Shown in pieces: positions 45,187 through 55,982 of a stretch of DNA of 57,822 nt (its first letter is position 1; each line of letters starts with the position of its first letter). The stretch is from the NCBI GenBank assembly GCA_014879545.1, contig JACSRV010000109.1, positions 1 to 57,822 of the forward strand. The letters run 5' to 3'. The notes beneath the pieces were generated by a model, which did not search any database, had not been told where the DNA came from, and saw nothing but the letters and a program-made list of their open reading frames with translations. The position numbers and the translations under genes were made by a program. Origin of the DNA: Chitinophagaceae bacterium (GTDB lineage Bacteria > Bacteroidota > Bacteroidia > Chitinophagales > Chitinophagaceae).

Positions 45187-45900
45187 TTGAAATATCGTAG
45201 CGCGCTGCTTATTGTTCTGCTCATCATTCTGGCCGACCAGCTATCCAAGATCTACATAAAAACACACTTCGCAAACGGAGATGATGTTCGGATAATGGGC
45301 GACTGGTTCCGGTTGCATTTTATTGAAAATGAGGGCATGGCATATGGTATGAAACTGAGCGAATCACCGGTTGGCAAGATCCTGCTCTCCTCATTTCGAC
45401 TTGTAGCTGTCGTTTTTGGTTTCTACTTGCTCAAAGTATTGATCAAAAAGGGATATACCAAGGGTGTAATTGTATGCGGAGCGCTAATTCTGGCCGGCGC
45501 CCTGGGCAATCTTATTGACAGCATGTTCTACGGCCTCATATTCAGCGACAGCCCCTATTCGTGCTTTTCAGGCAATTACGATAGCATGAGCAGCCTGCTG
45601 AGCAATCACAACAAGGACGCGGTAGCCCACTTCACCTCATTCGGACACGGATACGGGAAGTTTCTTCAGGGCAAGGTAGTGGACATGCTCCACTTTCCCA
45701 TAGTTGAAACAACATTACCCGGCTGGGTACCTTTCTGGGGCGGCCGCATGTTTGTTTTCTTTGAGCCTGTGTTCAACATTGCAGATGCCGCCATATCTAT
45801 AGGCATTGTCACCTTACTCATTTTCCAGAAAACATTACTCGAACAACCCGCCAAGGAGAAAGAAGAGATCACTACTGAAAGTCAGACAACCAACCCATAA
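45187..45900 (+). CDS. lspA: Lipoprotein signal peptidase (SPase II), TTG start
   Basis: DQLSK, ENEGMAYG, AGALGNLIDS, VVDM, VFNIAD; promoter TATATTTG at 45150-45157. Confidence 0.95.
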   Translation: MKYRSALLIVLLIILADQLSKIYIKTHFANGDDVRIMGDWFRLHFIENEGMAYGMKLSESPVGKILLSSFRLVAVVFGFYLLKVLIKKGYTKGVIVCGALILAGALGNLIDSMFYGLIFSDSPYSCFSGNYDSMSSLLSNHNKDAVAHFTSFGHGYGKFLQGKVVDMLHFPIVETTLPGWVPFWGGRMFVFFEPVFNIADAAISIGIVTLLIFQKTLLEQPAKEKEEITTESQTTNP

Positions 45901-45918
45901 CCGATCAATACTTGCCTC

Positions 45919-46236
45919 ATGGATGCGCAACAACAAAACCCGGAAGAATCTTTATCCATTACTGTTTGGCTGGCTGGTAGGAGCTACCGTATCCGCATTA
46001 AACCGGAAGAAGAATCAGCGGTAAGAAAGGCTGTGCGCCTTGCCGACCAGAAGATAGGCGACCTGCGCAACCACTATGCAGGTAAAGACGATCAGGATTT
46101 CATGGCCATGTGTCTGCTGATGTATGCCGCGGATACAGCCATCGAGTCGTTTAACAACCCGGTAATGCAGGAGGAACTGAACAAACTATCGAAAAAGATA
46201 GACAAAGTTATATCTGCAGAAAGCAACGAGGAGTAG
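45919..46236 (+). CDS. zapA: Cell division protein ZapA
   Basis: ITVWLAGRSYRI...EEE..VRKA...KDDQDFMAM followed by a coiled coil. Confidence 0.85.
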   Translation: MDAQQQNPEESLSITVWLAGRSYRIRIKPEEESAVRKAVRLADQKIGDLRNHYAGKDDQDFMAMCLLMYAADTAIESFNNPVMQEELNKLSKKIDKVISAESNEE

Positions 46237-46242
46237 CCGGCG

Positions 46243-47535
46243 CTACATTGCCTCCAGGAGTCTTTCCATTCTACTTCCCCGAGAACCTTTTATCAGGATA
46301 GAACTGTTCTGCGGCTTGTTATCGGCAACGTATGCGGCTGCCGCAGCGCTGTCTTCAAACCACTTGAATTTATGTTCTATGCCGGCAAATTCTTTACCCA
46401 CAAGAATCACCTCCTGCCATTGATGCTCTCCTATCAGCTTCACCAATTCTCGATGTTCATATAACTCCGCCTCCCCCATTTCCTTCATGCCACCTATCCA
46501 CAGTTTCTTGTTACCGAGCGATGTGGCAGCAAAATTCGAAATAGCCGCCTTCATACTCGTAGGATTGGCGTTGTAGGCGTCCAGTATCACCTGATTGCTT
46601 CCTTTTGCCATCCACTGAGACCGGCTGTTATCAGGCGCGTATGACTCAATGGCCTCCTTTATCTGTGCGGACGGCACGCCGAAATGAAGCCCGACAGCAA
46701 CGGCTGTCATTACATTCGGGAAATTATACGCGCCTACCAGCTTTGTATCTATCGTGACCGGCTCGTTACCATCCATGAAAGTGACAGAAAGAAAAATGCC
46801 GTTCATTACAGATGTGCCGGTGTATTGCGCATCACCACTTCCATAGGTTACCTGCCGCGTAGTATTTGCCGCCATTGAGACGAGGTAACTAAGATCAGTA
46901 TTCCTGAAAACAACACCGTTATGTTCGCGCAGGTAATCAAATAGTTCCCCTTTACCTCTACGCACTCCTTCCTCTCCGCCAAAGCCCTCTATGTGCGCCT
47001 TGCCACAGTTAGTAATTATGCCATGCGTCGGCTCTGCAACAACACAGTAACTCGCTATTTCTTGCTGATGGTTAGCCCCCATCTCTATCACAGCCATGTC
47101 CGCATCCATACCTATCTTCAACAGCGTGAGCGGAACACCGATATGGTTGTTGAGGTTACCCTCGGTGGCATAGGTCTTGTATTTTTTCGACAGCACCGCA
47201 AGTACCAGTTCCTTGGTAGTGGTCTTTCCGTTAGACCCTGTAATGGCTATAAATGGAATTGTAAACTTCCGTCGGTGATAGTTGGCAAGTAGTTGTAAGG
47301 CCGTGAGTACATCATCTACTAAGATACACTTGCTTTTACCCGCGTTTTTAGCAACATCCGTCACTGCATATGCAGCCCCGGCCTCAAGAGCCTGATCAAC
47401 AAATGAGTTTCCATCAAAGTTCTCTCCTTTCAACGCAAAGAAGATACTTTCCTGTGCTATCTTCCTGGTATCTGTGGAGATTCGCGGGTATCGGGTATAG
47501 ATTTCGTATAAGGTTGCAATAGACACGGCCTTCAA
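46243..47535 (-). CDS. murF: UDP-N-acetylmuramoyl-tripeptide--D-Ala-D-Ala ligase, TTG start
   Basis: STDTR, ITGSNGKTTTKE, NLNNHIGVPLT, EMGANH, DAYNANPTSM, KGSRG. Confidence 0.96.
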   Translation of the reverse strand: MKAVSIATLYEIYTRYPRISTDTRKIAQESIFFALKGENFDGNSFVDQALEAGAAYAVTDVAKNAGKSKCILVDDVLTALQLLANYHRRKFTIPFIAITGSNGKTTTKELVLAVLSKKYKTYATEGNLNNHIGVPLTLLKIGMDADMAVIEMGANHQQEIASYCVVAEPTHGIITNCGKAHIEGFGGEEGVRRGKGELFDYLREHNGVVFRNTDLSYLVSMAANTTRQVTYGSGDAQYTGTSVMNGIFLSVTFMDGNEPVTIDTKLVGAYNFPNVMTAVAVGLHFGVPSAQIKEAIESYAPDNSRSQWMAKGSNQVILDAYNANPTSMKAAISNFAATSLGNKKLWIGGMKEMGEAELYEHRELVKLIGEHQWQEVILVGKEFAGIEHKFKWFEDSAAAAAYVADNKPQNSSILIKGSRGSRMERLLEAM

Positions 47536-47550
47536 TGTTTATGTAAAAAT

Positions 47551-47582
47551 AAAAAACCCCTCTCGTAAAGAAAGGGGCTTTT
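47551..47582 (-). terminator. Intrinsic terminator after gldJ
   Basis: Minus strand AAGCCCCTTTC-TTTAC-GAGAGGGGTTTTTT. Confidence 0.75.
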
Positions 47583-47602
47583 CAATATTGTTTTTTGCCA
47601 AA

Positions 47603-49135
47603 TTACCTTTTGTGGTACCTCTGACGGCCAAAGCTGTTACCACCCGGCTGCATATCACCTGTCGGGCTACCCCAACGATCCATGATACAACGGAAACCAA
47701 TAGTAGATGAAGAAAGGTTACCCTGCATGTAACGACGTGTACCAGGAGACAACCAGTAAGCACGGTCAGCCCATGAACCACCTTTGTAAACCTTAGTCGA
47801 ATCGTTGATGAGTGAAGCCGTACCGTAAGAATAAACTGACTGAGAAAGACTGTCACCATCTTTGTAGTTGTGCAGCACACCGCTACGTACTTCATAACGG
47901 TTATTATTGCGCATTTCAGCGTCAGACACGATTGCTGTAGGGATGTGACCGATGCTGTCTTTTTCTTCAATTGTACCGTCTTCCTGGAACAATGTTTTGC
48001 GGTATTCGTTACCACGGAACGGACGGTAATCATCCACATCAAGATGAGATGAAGGGCGGTAAGTATCCATTACCCACTCGTTTACGTTGCCGGCCATGTT
48101 ATACAGACCGAAGGCGTTACGGAGGTAAGATGTAACAGGTGCAGGACCATCAGCGTTATCGTTAAGACCACCGGCTACGCCCATGTAGTCACCTTTACCG
48201 CGCATGAAGTTTCCTTCGAATTCACCCTGGAACTGATTGTGCAGCCCATAGCGGGTTGTGTTCTTTGGTCCCCAAGGAAGAGTGTTACGATCAGTAATAA
48301 CCTCCTCACCGCGACGACGCTTGTTCTCAGGGCTTGGGTTATTACCTATCAGACCAAGAGCAGCATATTCCCACTCAGCCTCAGTAGGCAGGCGGAAGTC
48401 TGGCTGGAAAAGACCATCTTCATAAGTAACAGGGCGCTCGTGAGAACCGTTAGGCTCCAGATCTACTGTTGATACAGATCCCTGATACTGTGCGTTAACA
48501 TATGACTTGGTAGTGAAAACGTCCTCACCAGACTGGTTCACGTTCGGAGTTGCTCCGCGACGATAGATCAACAGACCCTCGTTCATACGATCAGAACGCC
48601 AGTCGCAGAAATCCATTGCCTGATACCAGTTTACGCCCACAACCGGATAGTGGTTATATGCGTTGGTATTGAAGTAGTATTTTACGTTAGGCTCGTTATA
48701 TGCCAGTGCTGAGCGCCAAACGGTTTCGTCGGGCCTCGCAGCAGCCACCAACTCAGGGTAATCGGTGAAGTAAGTGCGCTTCATCCAATACACATATTCG
48801 CGGTAGCTCACGTTTTCCACCTCAGTCTCGTCCATGTAGAACGAAGAAACTGAAACAGTACGCCTGAAACTGTTGTTTTCAAGGGTTGGCATCTCATCGT
48901 CAACGGCACCCATTGTAAAACGGCCGCCCTGAACGAAAGTCATACCGATCGGCGTTGGCTGACCTTCATACTCTTTCGCTTCAAAACCGCCCCAGTTGCT
49001 ATTATTGAGCTCCCAGCCTGTAACACGCGATTGGTTATTTCCCTTGCCCTTCTTTTGTGAGCGTGGTGCGCATGCGGAAAACATTGTTGCCGCTCCAATG
49101 CAAATCAGGCCGATGCCTATGAGTTTTCTTTTCAT
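47603..49135 (-). CDS. gldJ: Gliding motility lipoprotein GldJ (FGE-sulfatase fold)
   Basis: Lipobox FSA-C; SRVTGW, FYMDETEV, YPVVGVNW, FRLPTEAEWEYAA, YNMAGNVNEW, GFRC; divergent from porU and upstream of murF, the usual gldJ context. Confidence 0.87.
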   Translation of the reverse strand: MKRKLIGIGLICIGAATMFSACAPRSQKKGKGNNQSRVTGWELNNSNWGGFEAKEYEGQPTPIGMTFVQGGRFTMGAVDDEMPTLENNSFRRTVSVSSFYMDETEVENVSYREYVYWMKRTYFTDYPELVAAARPDETVWRSALAYNEPNVKYYFNTNAYNHYPVVGVNWYQAMDFCDWRSDRMNEGLLIYRRGATPNVNQSGEDVFTTKSYVNAQYQGSVSTVDLEPNGSHERPVTYEDGLFQPDFRLPTEAEWEYAALGLIGNNPSPENKRRRGEEVITDRNTLPWGPKNTTRYGLHNQFQGEFEGNFMRGKGDYMGVAGGLNDNADGPAPVTSYLRNAFGLYNMAGNVNEWVMDTYRPSSHLDVDDYRPFRGNEYRKTLFQEDGTIEEKDSIGHIPTAIVSDAEMRNNNRYEVRSGVLHNYKDGDSLSQSVYSYGTASLINDSTKVYKGGSWADRAYWLSPGTRRYMQGNLSSSTIGFRCIMDRWGSPTGDMQPGGNSFGRQRYHKR

Positions 49136-49400
49136 AATCTTCGCTAAAAAATTTACTCTTTTTTGCTGGTCTTCTTGTAAAAGCAGTTACAATGATACCT
49201 CATTCTTTTTAAATTTTCAAGTTTTTACCCCCTTTCTCTTAAAAATTTCAGAATTTTTGTTTCCCTGCCTCATAATATATCAAAAATATCTTCGTTAATC
49301 AATTTAACATCCCTTAAGAGGCGACAACTGAAGCCTAAAAGGGACATTTCCTTAATTTTGATTAACCTCCGGTCACTCCGGAAAAAATTCTGTCTAGAAA

Positions 49401-52400
49401 ATGAAAAAAATAGTTCCTGCCCTATGTGCTGTTCTCGGCTCACTCAGTTTTTCCGGAGCTGAGGCCCAGACTGAGAGTATTAAAGTGACACCAGACCGGA
49501 TACACGACGGATATTTTGTAAAGAAAGTATGGCTACAGAATTTTCAGGCTCCCGATGTGTCTGTTAAGGTGGCTTCGTATAACGCCATCGGAACTTTGCC
49601 GAAAGAGGCTTCATCCGCCACCGATGCAAAAACGGAAGTAATGATAGGCATGGAGCGCAAACGTCCGTTTGCGGTGATACGCGTTCCCGCATATTCTAAA
49701 GACGCTGATGGCAATGCACGCATTGCAGACGAACTGGAACTCACCATTAAAGAGAAACCCACCCCAAATACCGCCATCGGAGCCGCGTCAAAACCAACAG
49801 GCGATGTAACACAGTCGGTTCTGGCAAGTGGCACCTGGTACAAGATTGGCATCACTAATACGGGGTTTCACAAGATCGACGCAGACTTCGTGAAATCTCT
49901 GGGCGTTGATCCTTCCACCGTAAATCCTGCCAACATCCGCGTTTTCGGAAATGGCGGCAATATGCTCTCTGAAGCCAATTACACATCTCGCCCCACGGAC
50001 CTCCGGGAGAATGCACTGCTCGTATCCGACGGGGACAATGTACTCAACGTGGGTGATTATGCAGTGTTTTATGGTGTTGGCCCCATGGGCTGGCGTGCAG
50101 ATACAGCAAAAAAACGGTTCGATCATTTCAAGAACATCTACAGCGATACGGCCTATTATTTTGTCACCTTCACCAGTGGCCCCGGTCTGCGCATCAATCA
50201 GGAGAATGCTCCGGCAAACGGCAGTGTAAACCTAAGCGACTATAACTATTCCGACGTACATGACATAGACCTTACTAACCCGGGAGGTATAGGAAAAACA
50301 TGGTACGGAGAGCAATTCAATCAGCTGTCAGGCAACTTGTCACAAAATTTCAATTTCAATTTTGGCGCACCTGTGACCAATGTCTTCTGTAAGGCATATT
50401 TGGCCACAACCGGACCGGGAAGCAGCAACTATAATGTCGCTATCAACGGCATTCCTTTCGGATCAGTTACGTTCCCGTCAGGCACCACCGACAATGTTGC
50501 CATGCAACATAAAATACTCGAAAATACCGTCACAGTAAACTCATCTGCCGTATCGGTGAACGTGACCTATTCATCCGCAGCATCCTCGGTAGTAGGCTAT
50601 CTCAACTACATAGAGCTGAATGCCCGAAAACCGCTAACGATGAGCGGAGATCAGATGAGCTTCCGTGATATTGAGAATATAGGTCCGGGAAAAGTAGTTA
50701 ACTACAATCTCCAGAACGCCGGCTCCTCTACACGCGTGTGGGACGTTACCGATCCGCAAGTCCCTGTGATGATCAATGGCTCGCTGAGTGGCTCCACGCT
50801 TAGCTTTGGCCGCGATGCGTCGGTGATCCGCGAATTTGCCGCGTTCAATAACACCAATCTGTACACGCCTGTATATTCCGGTCCTGTCACCAATCAGAAC
50901 CTTCACGGCACTGCACAGGTCGACAACATCATTGTAACCTACAAAGATTTCCTGCCACAGGCAGAACGTCTTGCCGCATATCATCGTAGTCACGACAATA
51001 TGCGGGTTGTTGTAGTGACGCCTGAACAGATCTACAACGAATTTTCATCAGGCGCGCAGGACATAAGTGCCATTCGCGATATTGTGCGGATGTTCTACAA
51101 ACGTGCAGGTTCAGACACCGCACAAATGCCTCGCTACCTCACCCTTCTGGGTGCTGCTTCTTACGACTACAAACAGCGCCTACCGAATAATTCCAACTTC
51201 GTTCCCGTATTTGAATCACAGGAATCTAACTATTCCCTCAACAGCTTCTCTACAGACGATTTCTACGGCTTTCTCGACGATAACGAGAACATAGAAGAGA
51301 GTGCACTACTCAATGCACTTGATCTGGGCATCGGTCGTCTTCCCGCTCGCTCTGTTGCCGATGCGGATGCGATTGTAAATAAGATCATTGGCTATAAAGC
51401 ACCTGAAACGCTCGGCCCATGGCGTCTTGCCGCCACGCTGGTGGCCGACAATAACGACGGCGCGGGCAATCACATGCAGGACGCAGAGTCCATAGGAGAG
51501 CAGCTGACCGGCACTGCCCACAACTTGTATAACCAAAGCAAGATCTACCTCGATGCCATCCCGACGATCTCAACCCCCGCCGGTGCTCGATCTCCAAATG
51601 CCAACGCTTCTATTACCGACCGCGTGTACAAAGGAACAATGTTCATTAATTACAGCGGACACGGGAACACACAGGTGTGGACTGAAGAAAGGATCCTGAC
51701 GCAAGATGATTTCAAAAAGTGGAATAATGACAAAATGTTGCCATTCATGGTGACTGCCACCTGCGATTTTGGCCAGTTCGATCACCCCCAATATGTTTCC
51801 GCCGCCGAACAGCTGGTGCTGCGGAATGGAGGTGGTGTAATAGCCATGCTTACAACAACAGCAGCAGTATATGCAAACTACAACACACCACTCAACCTGA
51901 TCTTTATTGAAACCCTCTTTTCACAGAACGCCAATGGCACCTGGCACAGCTTCGGCGATGCAGCGCGCATAGGTAAGAACGAGGCCTATACTGTTTCTAA
52001 AGACCCCAATAAACTGGCAAACTACAGGAAATTTGCACTCCTTGGCGACCCGGCATTGCTACCCAACTTCCCCGAACAGTTTGTGGCTATAGACACCATT
52101 ACTGATGTTGCCAAGGGCACACCTTCAGATACTGTAAAAGCACTTGGCGCATACCGCATCAGCGGACATGTCCGCGACAATTCAGGAAATGTGCTCAGCA
52201 ACTTCAATGGCATGCTCAATGTCTCTTTCTTTGACAAGCCCCGCACACTTACTACCATCACTGCTGTAAATAAGACGTTCAAACTGCAGGACAATCTTGT
52301 TTACAAGGGTAAAGTATCTGTTACTAACGGTAAGTTCTCTTACACTTTCATCGCACCTAAAGACATCAACTACTACATGGGCACTGCCAAGATCAGCCAC

Positions 52401-53144
52401 TACGCCCACAATGGCGTGTATGATGCGGCAGGTGTAGACACCAACATTTCAGTAGGTGGATACTCCGACAATCCGGTTATCAGCGATGAGCCACCGGTTG
52501 TAAAACCTTATATCAATGACAGCTTGTTTCAGAACGGAGGCATCACAGGCACAAACACTTCTCTTTTTGTTTCACTTTATTCCAAAACCGGTATCAACGT
52601 CTCAGGCAACAAACTGGGTCATGATATGGTAGGTGTGCTTGACGGAAACATCGAACAGCCCTACATCCTGAACGACTACTACGAAACAGCTCCAAACACC
52701 TATCAATACGGTACGGTGTCGTTCCCTATAAATGGTTTAGCAAACGGGAAACATTCTATCAGGGTGAAGGCCTGGGACGTGAACAACAATTCGGGCGAAG
52801 GCACTGTAGACTTTATTGTTGTGGACGGCAAGATCATGAGCATAGAGAATCTCATGAACTACCCCAACCCGTTCAGCAACCTCACTCATTTTGTGTTCGA
52901 GCACAATCATCCCGACGAACAACTGGAAGTAAAAATTAATATATACAATACAGCAGGCTCGTTAGTTAAATCCATCGACCAGACATTCACCCCATCGGGT
53001 AGCCGTACCGGCGAGATCACTTGGGATGGAACCGACAATTCTGGTACGTTGCTGGCCGACGGAATGTATGTTTACCGCATTTTGATCTCTACTGAAAAGG
53101 GTTATCGCTCATCGGCATACCAAAAACTGGTCATTGTGCGTTAA
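49401..53144 (+). CDS. porU: T9SS sortase PorU (C25 gingipain-like)
   Basis: SVLASGTWYKI, IYNEFSSG, TDDFYGFLD, YSGHG (His), TATC (Cys), LLGDPA, KAWDVNNN, C-terminal NYPNPF CTD. Confidence 0.95.
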   Translation: MKKIVPALCAVLGSLSFSGAEAQTESIKVTPDRIHDGYFVKKVWLQNFQAPDVSVKVASYNAIGTLPKEASSATDAKTEVMIGMERKRPFAVIRVPAYSKDADGNARIADELELTIKEKPTPNTAIGAASKPTGDVTQSVLASGTWYKIGITNTGFHKIDADFVKSLGVDPSTVNPANIRVFGNGGNMLSEANYTSRPTDLRENALLVSDGDNVLNVGDYAVFYGVGPMGWRADTAKKRFDHFKNIYSDTAYYFVTFTSGPGLRINQENAPANGSVNLSDYNYSDVHDIDLTNPGGIGKTWYGEQFNQLSGNLSQNFNFNFGAPVTNVFCKAYLATTGPGSSNYNVAINGIPFGSVTFPSGTTDNVAMQHKILENTVTVNSSAVSVNVTYSSAASSVVGYLNYIELNARKPLTMSGDQMSFRDIENIGPGKVVNYNLQNAGSSTRVWDVTDPQVPVMINGSLSGSTLSFGRDASVIREFAAFNNTNLYTPVYSGPVTNQNLHGTAQVDNIIVTYKDFLPQAERLAAYHRSHDNMRVVVVTPEQIYNEFSSGAQDISAIRDIVRMFYKRAGSDTAQMPRYLTLLGAASYDYKQRLPNNSNFVPVFESQESNYSLNSFSTDDFYGFLDDNENIEESALLNALDLGIGRLPARSVADADAIVNKIIGYKAPETLGPWRLAATLVADNNDGAGNHMQDAESIGEQLTGTAHNLYNQSKIYLDAIPTISTPAGARSPNANASITDRVYKGTMFINYSGHGNTQVWTEERILTQDDFKKWNNDKMLPFMVTATCDFGQFDHPQYVSAAEQLVLRNGGGVIAMLTTTAAVYANYNTPLNLIFIETLFSQNANGTWHSFGDAARIGKNEAYTVSKDPNKLANYRKFALLGDPALLPNFPEQFVAIDTITDVAKGTPSDTVKALGAYRISGHVRDNSGNVLSNFNGMLNVSFFDKPRTLTTITAVNKTFKLQDNLVYKGKVSVTNGKFSYTFIAPKDINYYMGTAKISHYAHNGVYDAAGVDTNISVGGYSDNPVISDEPPVVKPYINDSLFQNGGITGTNTSLFVSLYSKTGINVSGNKLGHDMVGVLDGNIEQPYILNDYYETAPNTYQYGTVSFPINGLANGKHSIRVKAWDVNNNSGEGTVDFIVVDGKIMSIENLMNYPNPFSNLTHFVFEHNHPDEQLEVKINIYNTAGSLVKSIDQTFTPSGSRTGEITWDGTDNSGTLLADGMYVYRILISTEKGYRSSAYQKLVIVR

Positions 53145-53244
53145 TAAGCTGAATCAGCGCATTTTTGCTGAAAATAATGTTGACGATATGGGTAAAAAAG
53201 AATATTTTTGCCCCACTTACATAATAAATAACTAAATTATCAAA

Positions 53245-54432
53245 ATGGCAAAACACTTTGCTTTACTGGGACTGACTTTGATGGCATCTGTATGTGCTTC
53301 AAAAGTATCAGCACAAAGTACCTCAGGCTCTAACCTAAACGGAACAAACAAGTCATTTGTCACCACTGCAGTTCCATTCCTCCGCATTTCGCCCGACGCA
53401 CGTGCCGGAGCCATGGGCGATGCCGGTATCGCTGTATCTCCCGACGCCAATTCGCAATACTGGAACGTTGCCAAAATGCCGTTCAATCAGAAAACATACG
53501 GTCTCTCAGCAACATATACTCCATGGCTAAAAGACCTCGTGCCAGATATCTTCCTGGCTTACCTTTCCGGTTACGCCAAGTTTGGCAAAGAGCAAGAGCA
53601 GGCAATCAGTGCATCAATGCGCTATTTCTCATTGGGTAACATAAACTACACCGACAACCTTGGTCAACCAACAGGTACGGGTATGCCTCGCGAATATTCA
53701 TTCGACCTCGGTTACTCACGCAAACTGTCAGAATATTTGTCTGCCGGTCTTAGCATGCGCTATATACACTCTTCAATAGCTTCAGGTGTGGCAATGACCT
53801 CTTTGGGTAGCGACTACAAACCGGGCAACGCTTTCGCTTCTGACCTCGGCGTTTACTACACTAAGTCAAAAGAGAAAACTGAAGACAAGATCAACACGTT
53901 CAACTTTGGTGCTGTTATCAGTAACCTCGGTTCTAAGATCTCCTACAACTCAACCGGCAAAAGGGATTTCATCCCAATGAACCTTGGGGTTGGTGTTGCA
54001 TACACCTCTCAGATGGACAAGTACAACAAGATCACTTTTGCACTTGATCTCAACAAATTGCTGGTACCTGCTACAACATTGGGTGGTGCCGATACATCAT
54101 TGTCTGTTGTTAATGGTATCTTCAAGTCATTCTCTACCGGAGATCAGGTGAAGCAGGTCAATGCTGCTATCGGTGCTGAATACTGGTACCAGGATATGCT
54201 CGCTTTCCGTGCAGGCTACTACTACGAAGACAAAGACAATGGCGACCGTCAGTATGTAACATGTGGTCTTGGTATCCGTTACAATGTGTTTGTGCTGAAC
54301 GCATCTTACCTCGTTCCTCAGGGTACAGGAATCACCCGCAACCCACTGTCTAACACACTCCGCTTCACACTTGCATTCGAATTCGACAAACTGCAGGACA
54401 AAGTGAGCACTAAAGACGACAGCTCTAACTAA
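53245..54432 (+). CDS. porV: T9SS outer-membrane shuttle protein PorV
   Basis: TTAVPFLRISPDARAGAMGDAG, YTPWL, RYFSLG, AEYWY, NPLSNTLRFTL; follows porU. Confidence 0.96.
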   Translation: MAKHFALLGLTLMASVCASKVSAQSTSGSNLNGTNKSFVTTAVPFLRISPDARAGAMGDAGIAVSPDANSQYWNVAKMPFNQKTYGLSATYTPWLKDLVPDIFLAYLSGYAKFGKEQEQAISASMRYFSLGNINYTDNLGQPTGTGMPREYSFDLGYSRKLSEYLSAGLSMRYIHSSIASGVAMTSLGSDYKPGNAFASDLGVYYTKSKEKTEDKINTFNFGAVISNLGSKISYNSTGKRDFIPMNLGVGVAYTSQMDKYNKITFALDLNKLLVPATTLGGADTSLSVVNGIFKSFSTGDQVKQVNAAIGAEYWYQDMLAFRAGYYYEDKDNGDRQYVTCGLGIRYNVFVLNASYLVPQGTGITRNPLSNTLRFTLAFEFDKLQDKVSTKDDSSN

Positions 54433-54459
54433 TCAGATCAAATAAGTAGTTCTCTATAA

Positions 54460-54493
54460 AAAAGCTCCGGACTCGCTCCGGAGCTTTTCTTTT
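54460..54493 (+). terminator. Intrinsic terminator after porV
   Basis: Stem AAAAGCTCCGGA/TCCGGAGCTTTT followed by CTTTT. Confidence 0.85.
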
Positions 54494-54592
54494 GGCATCG
54501 GTTCCAATCCACACTACGGGAAACACCACACGGCAACTGGCACCACACACCCTAGTCCACAACAGCATACCGATAGCACTGATCGCGGGCAT

Positions 54593-54625
54593 AAAAAATC
54601 CGGCCGCATTTACATACGACCGGAT
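54593..54625 (-). terminator. Intrinsic terminator of the serine hydrolase gene
   Basis: Minus strand ATCCGGTCGTAT-GTAA-ATGCGGCCGGAT then TTTTT; the stem includes G-U pairs. Confidence 0.7.
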
Positions 54626-54661
54626 CAATATTTTTTTGCTGTTTTTATTCCCGGGTTTCGA

Positions 54662-55858
54662 TTAACCTTCATCATCAAATCCGCTGCCCACTTCTACTCC
54701 TTTCACAATGCTGTAGATAACAGGCGCTTGCCTGTAGATGTTCTTGTTGAACTTATTGCCCAGCACCACAATGGTCATATTTTCCTTGATCAGGCGGTAG
54801 AAGGATGTATTATTTCCATGCCACCAACCATTATGGTAGATGATCTTATTGCCATTGGGATAACACAACATCCTCCACCCGAGTCCGTAATTCTTTACAC
54901 CCGGCTTTTCAAAACTGCACGGACCGTAAGAAAGTTCTATCGATTCATTGCTGAGCAACGTACGGTTGTAAAACGACTGGTCCCACCTGAACATATCCTG
55001 AACAGTGCTGAATATCCCCTTATCACCAGTCACACCGTCGGCAAACATATCAGGTTCACGCGTCCAATTATACCTGTAACTAATGGCCGCATTCCCCGGC
55101 AATCCCCTCGCCGGATCGTAAACGAATGTGTTGGTCATACCCAGTGGCGCGAAGATGTATTGTGCCATAAAATCGCTGTAGGCCATGCTCGTCACATTCT
55201 CGATTACCCTGGCCAGCAATGCGAAATTAGTGTTGCAGTATTTGAAACGTTTGTCGGGTTTAGCCTCTATCCGTGGCTTGTGCTTTATCATCAGTTCAAC
55301 CATTCGTGCGTTGGAGATAGGCGTGCGCGTATCCTTATTATATACCGGAACCCACTTGGTGTAATCAGGCAGTCCCGAACGGTGATTGAGCAGCATTCTC
55401 AACGTGATACCCGCATACGGGAACCCGGGAATGTACTGCTGCACCAGGTTATCTATATTCAGTTGTTTGTGCTCATGCAGGTGCAGTATGGCCGCTCCCG
55501 TAAACGTTTTGGAAATTGAGGCCAACTGAGAGGAGGATGCCATATTCATTGGTATCCTTGCTTCACGGTTACTGTATCCGAAATAGCGCTCATATAACAC
55601 TTTTCCACGATACCCTACCAACACGGCACCACTGAAGCCTGCACGCACCTGTGCGCCATAAAACTTGTCAAGCTGCTCAATGATGTCCCGTGCAGCTTCA
55701 CTCACGGTGTCATACACCAGCATGGTAGATGCCGGCTTTATCGGTACCTCGTGAAACCCGCCCTTCGGATGTGCCGAAGCCGGTTGGGTTGGCGAGTTGC
55801 AGGCAATCAGCAACAACGACAACAAGAAAATAACTATATAAGATGGTTTTAACCTCAT
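54662..55858 (-). CDS. Serine hydrolase lipoprotein, beta-lactamase/AmpC-like family
   Basis: Lipobox LIA-C; SxxK (ASISK), LLNHRSGL, YxN (YCN), HNG triad motif. Confidence 0.9.
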   Translation of the reverse strand: MRLKPSYIVIFLLSLLLIACNSPTQPASAHPKGGFHEVPIKPASTMLVYDTVSEAARDIIEQLDKFYGAQVRAGFSGAVLVGYRGKVLYERYFGYSNREARIPMNMASSSQLASISKTFTGAAILHLHEHKQLNIDNLVQQYIPGFPYAGITLRMLLNHRSGLPDYTKWVPVYNKDTRTPISNARMVELMIKHKPRIEAKPDKRFKYCNTNFALLARVIENVTSMAYSDFMAQYIFAPLGMTNTFVYDPARGLPGNAAISYRYNWTREPDMFADGVTGDKGIFSTVQDMFRWDQSFYNRTLLSNESIELSYGPCSFEKPGVKNYGLGWRMLCYPNGNKIIYHNGWWHGNNTSFYRLIKENMTIVVLGNKFNKNIYRQAPVIYSIVKGVEVGSGFDDEG

Positions 55859-55982
55859 AACTACGCTACAGAGTCAGCAATATACTATCAAAATTTCCAA
55901 GGTCACTTAATCAGTGCCCGTAGTAGCCGCTTTTGTTTACACCCAATATCCACAACCCACATACTAGATTGAAAATCAACAC

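Noticed and set aside
54495-54590. C/A-rich spacer with a repeated CACCACAC between two terminators
   Set aside because: Only two short copies, no promoter or stable structure seen; not CRISPR- or sRNA-like.
54662-55858. Beta-lactamase resistance gene
   Set aside because: The motifs fit the broad serine hydrolase/peptidase family common in Bacteroidota; nothing specific supports antibiotic hydrolysis.
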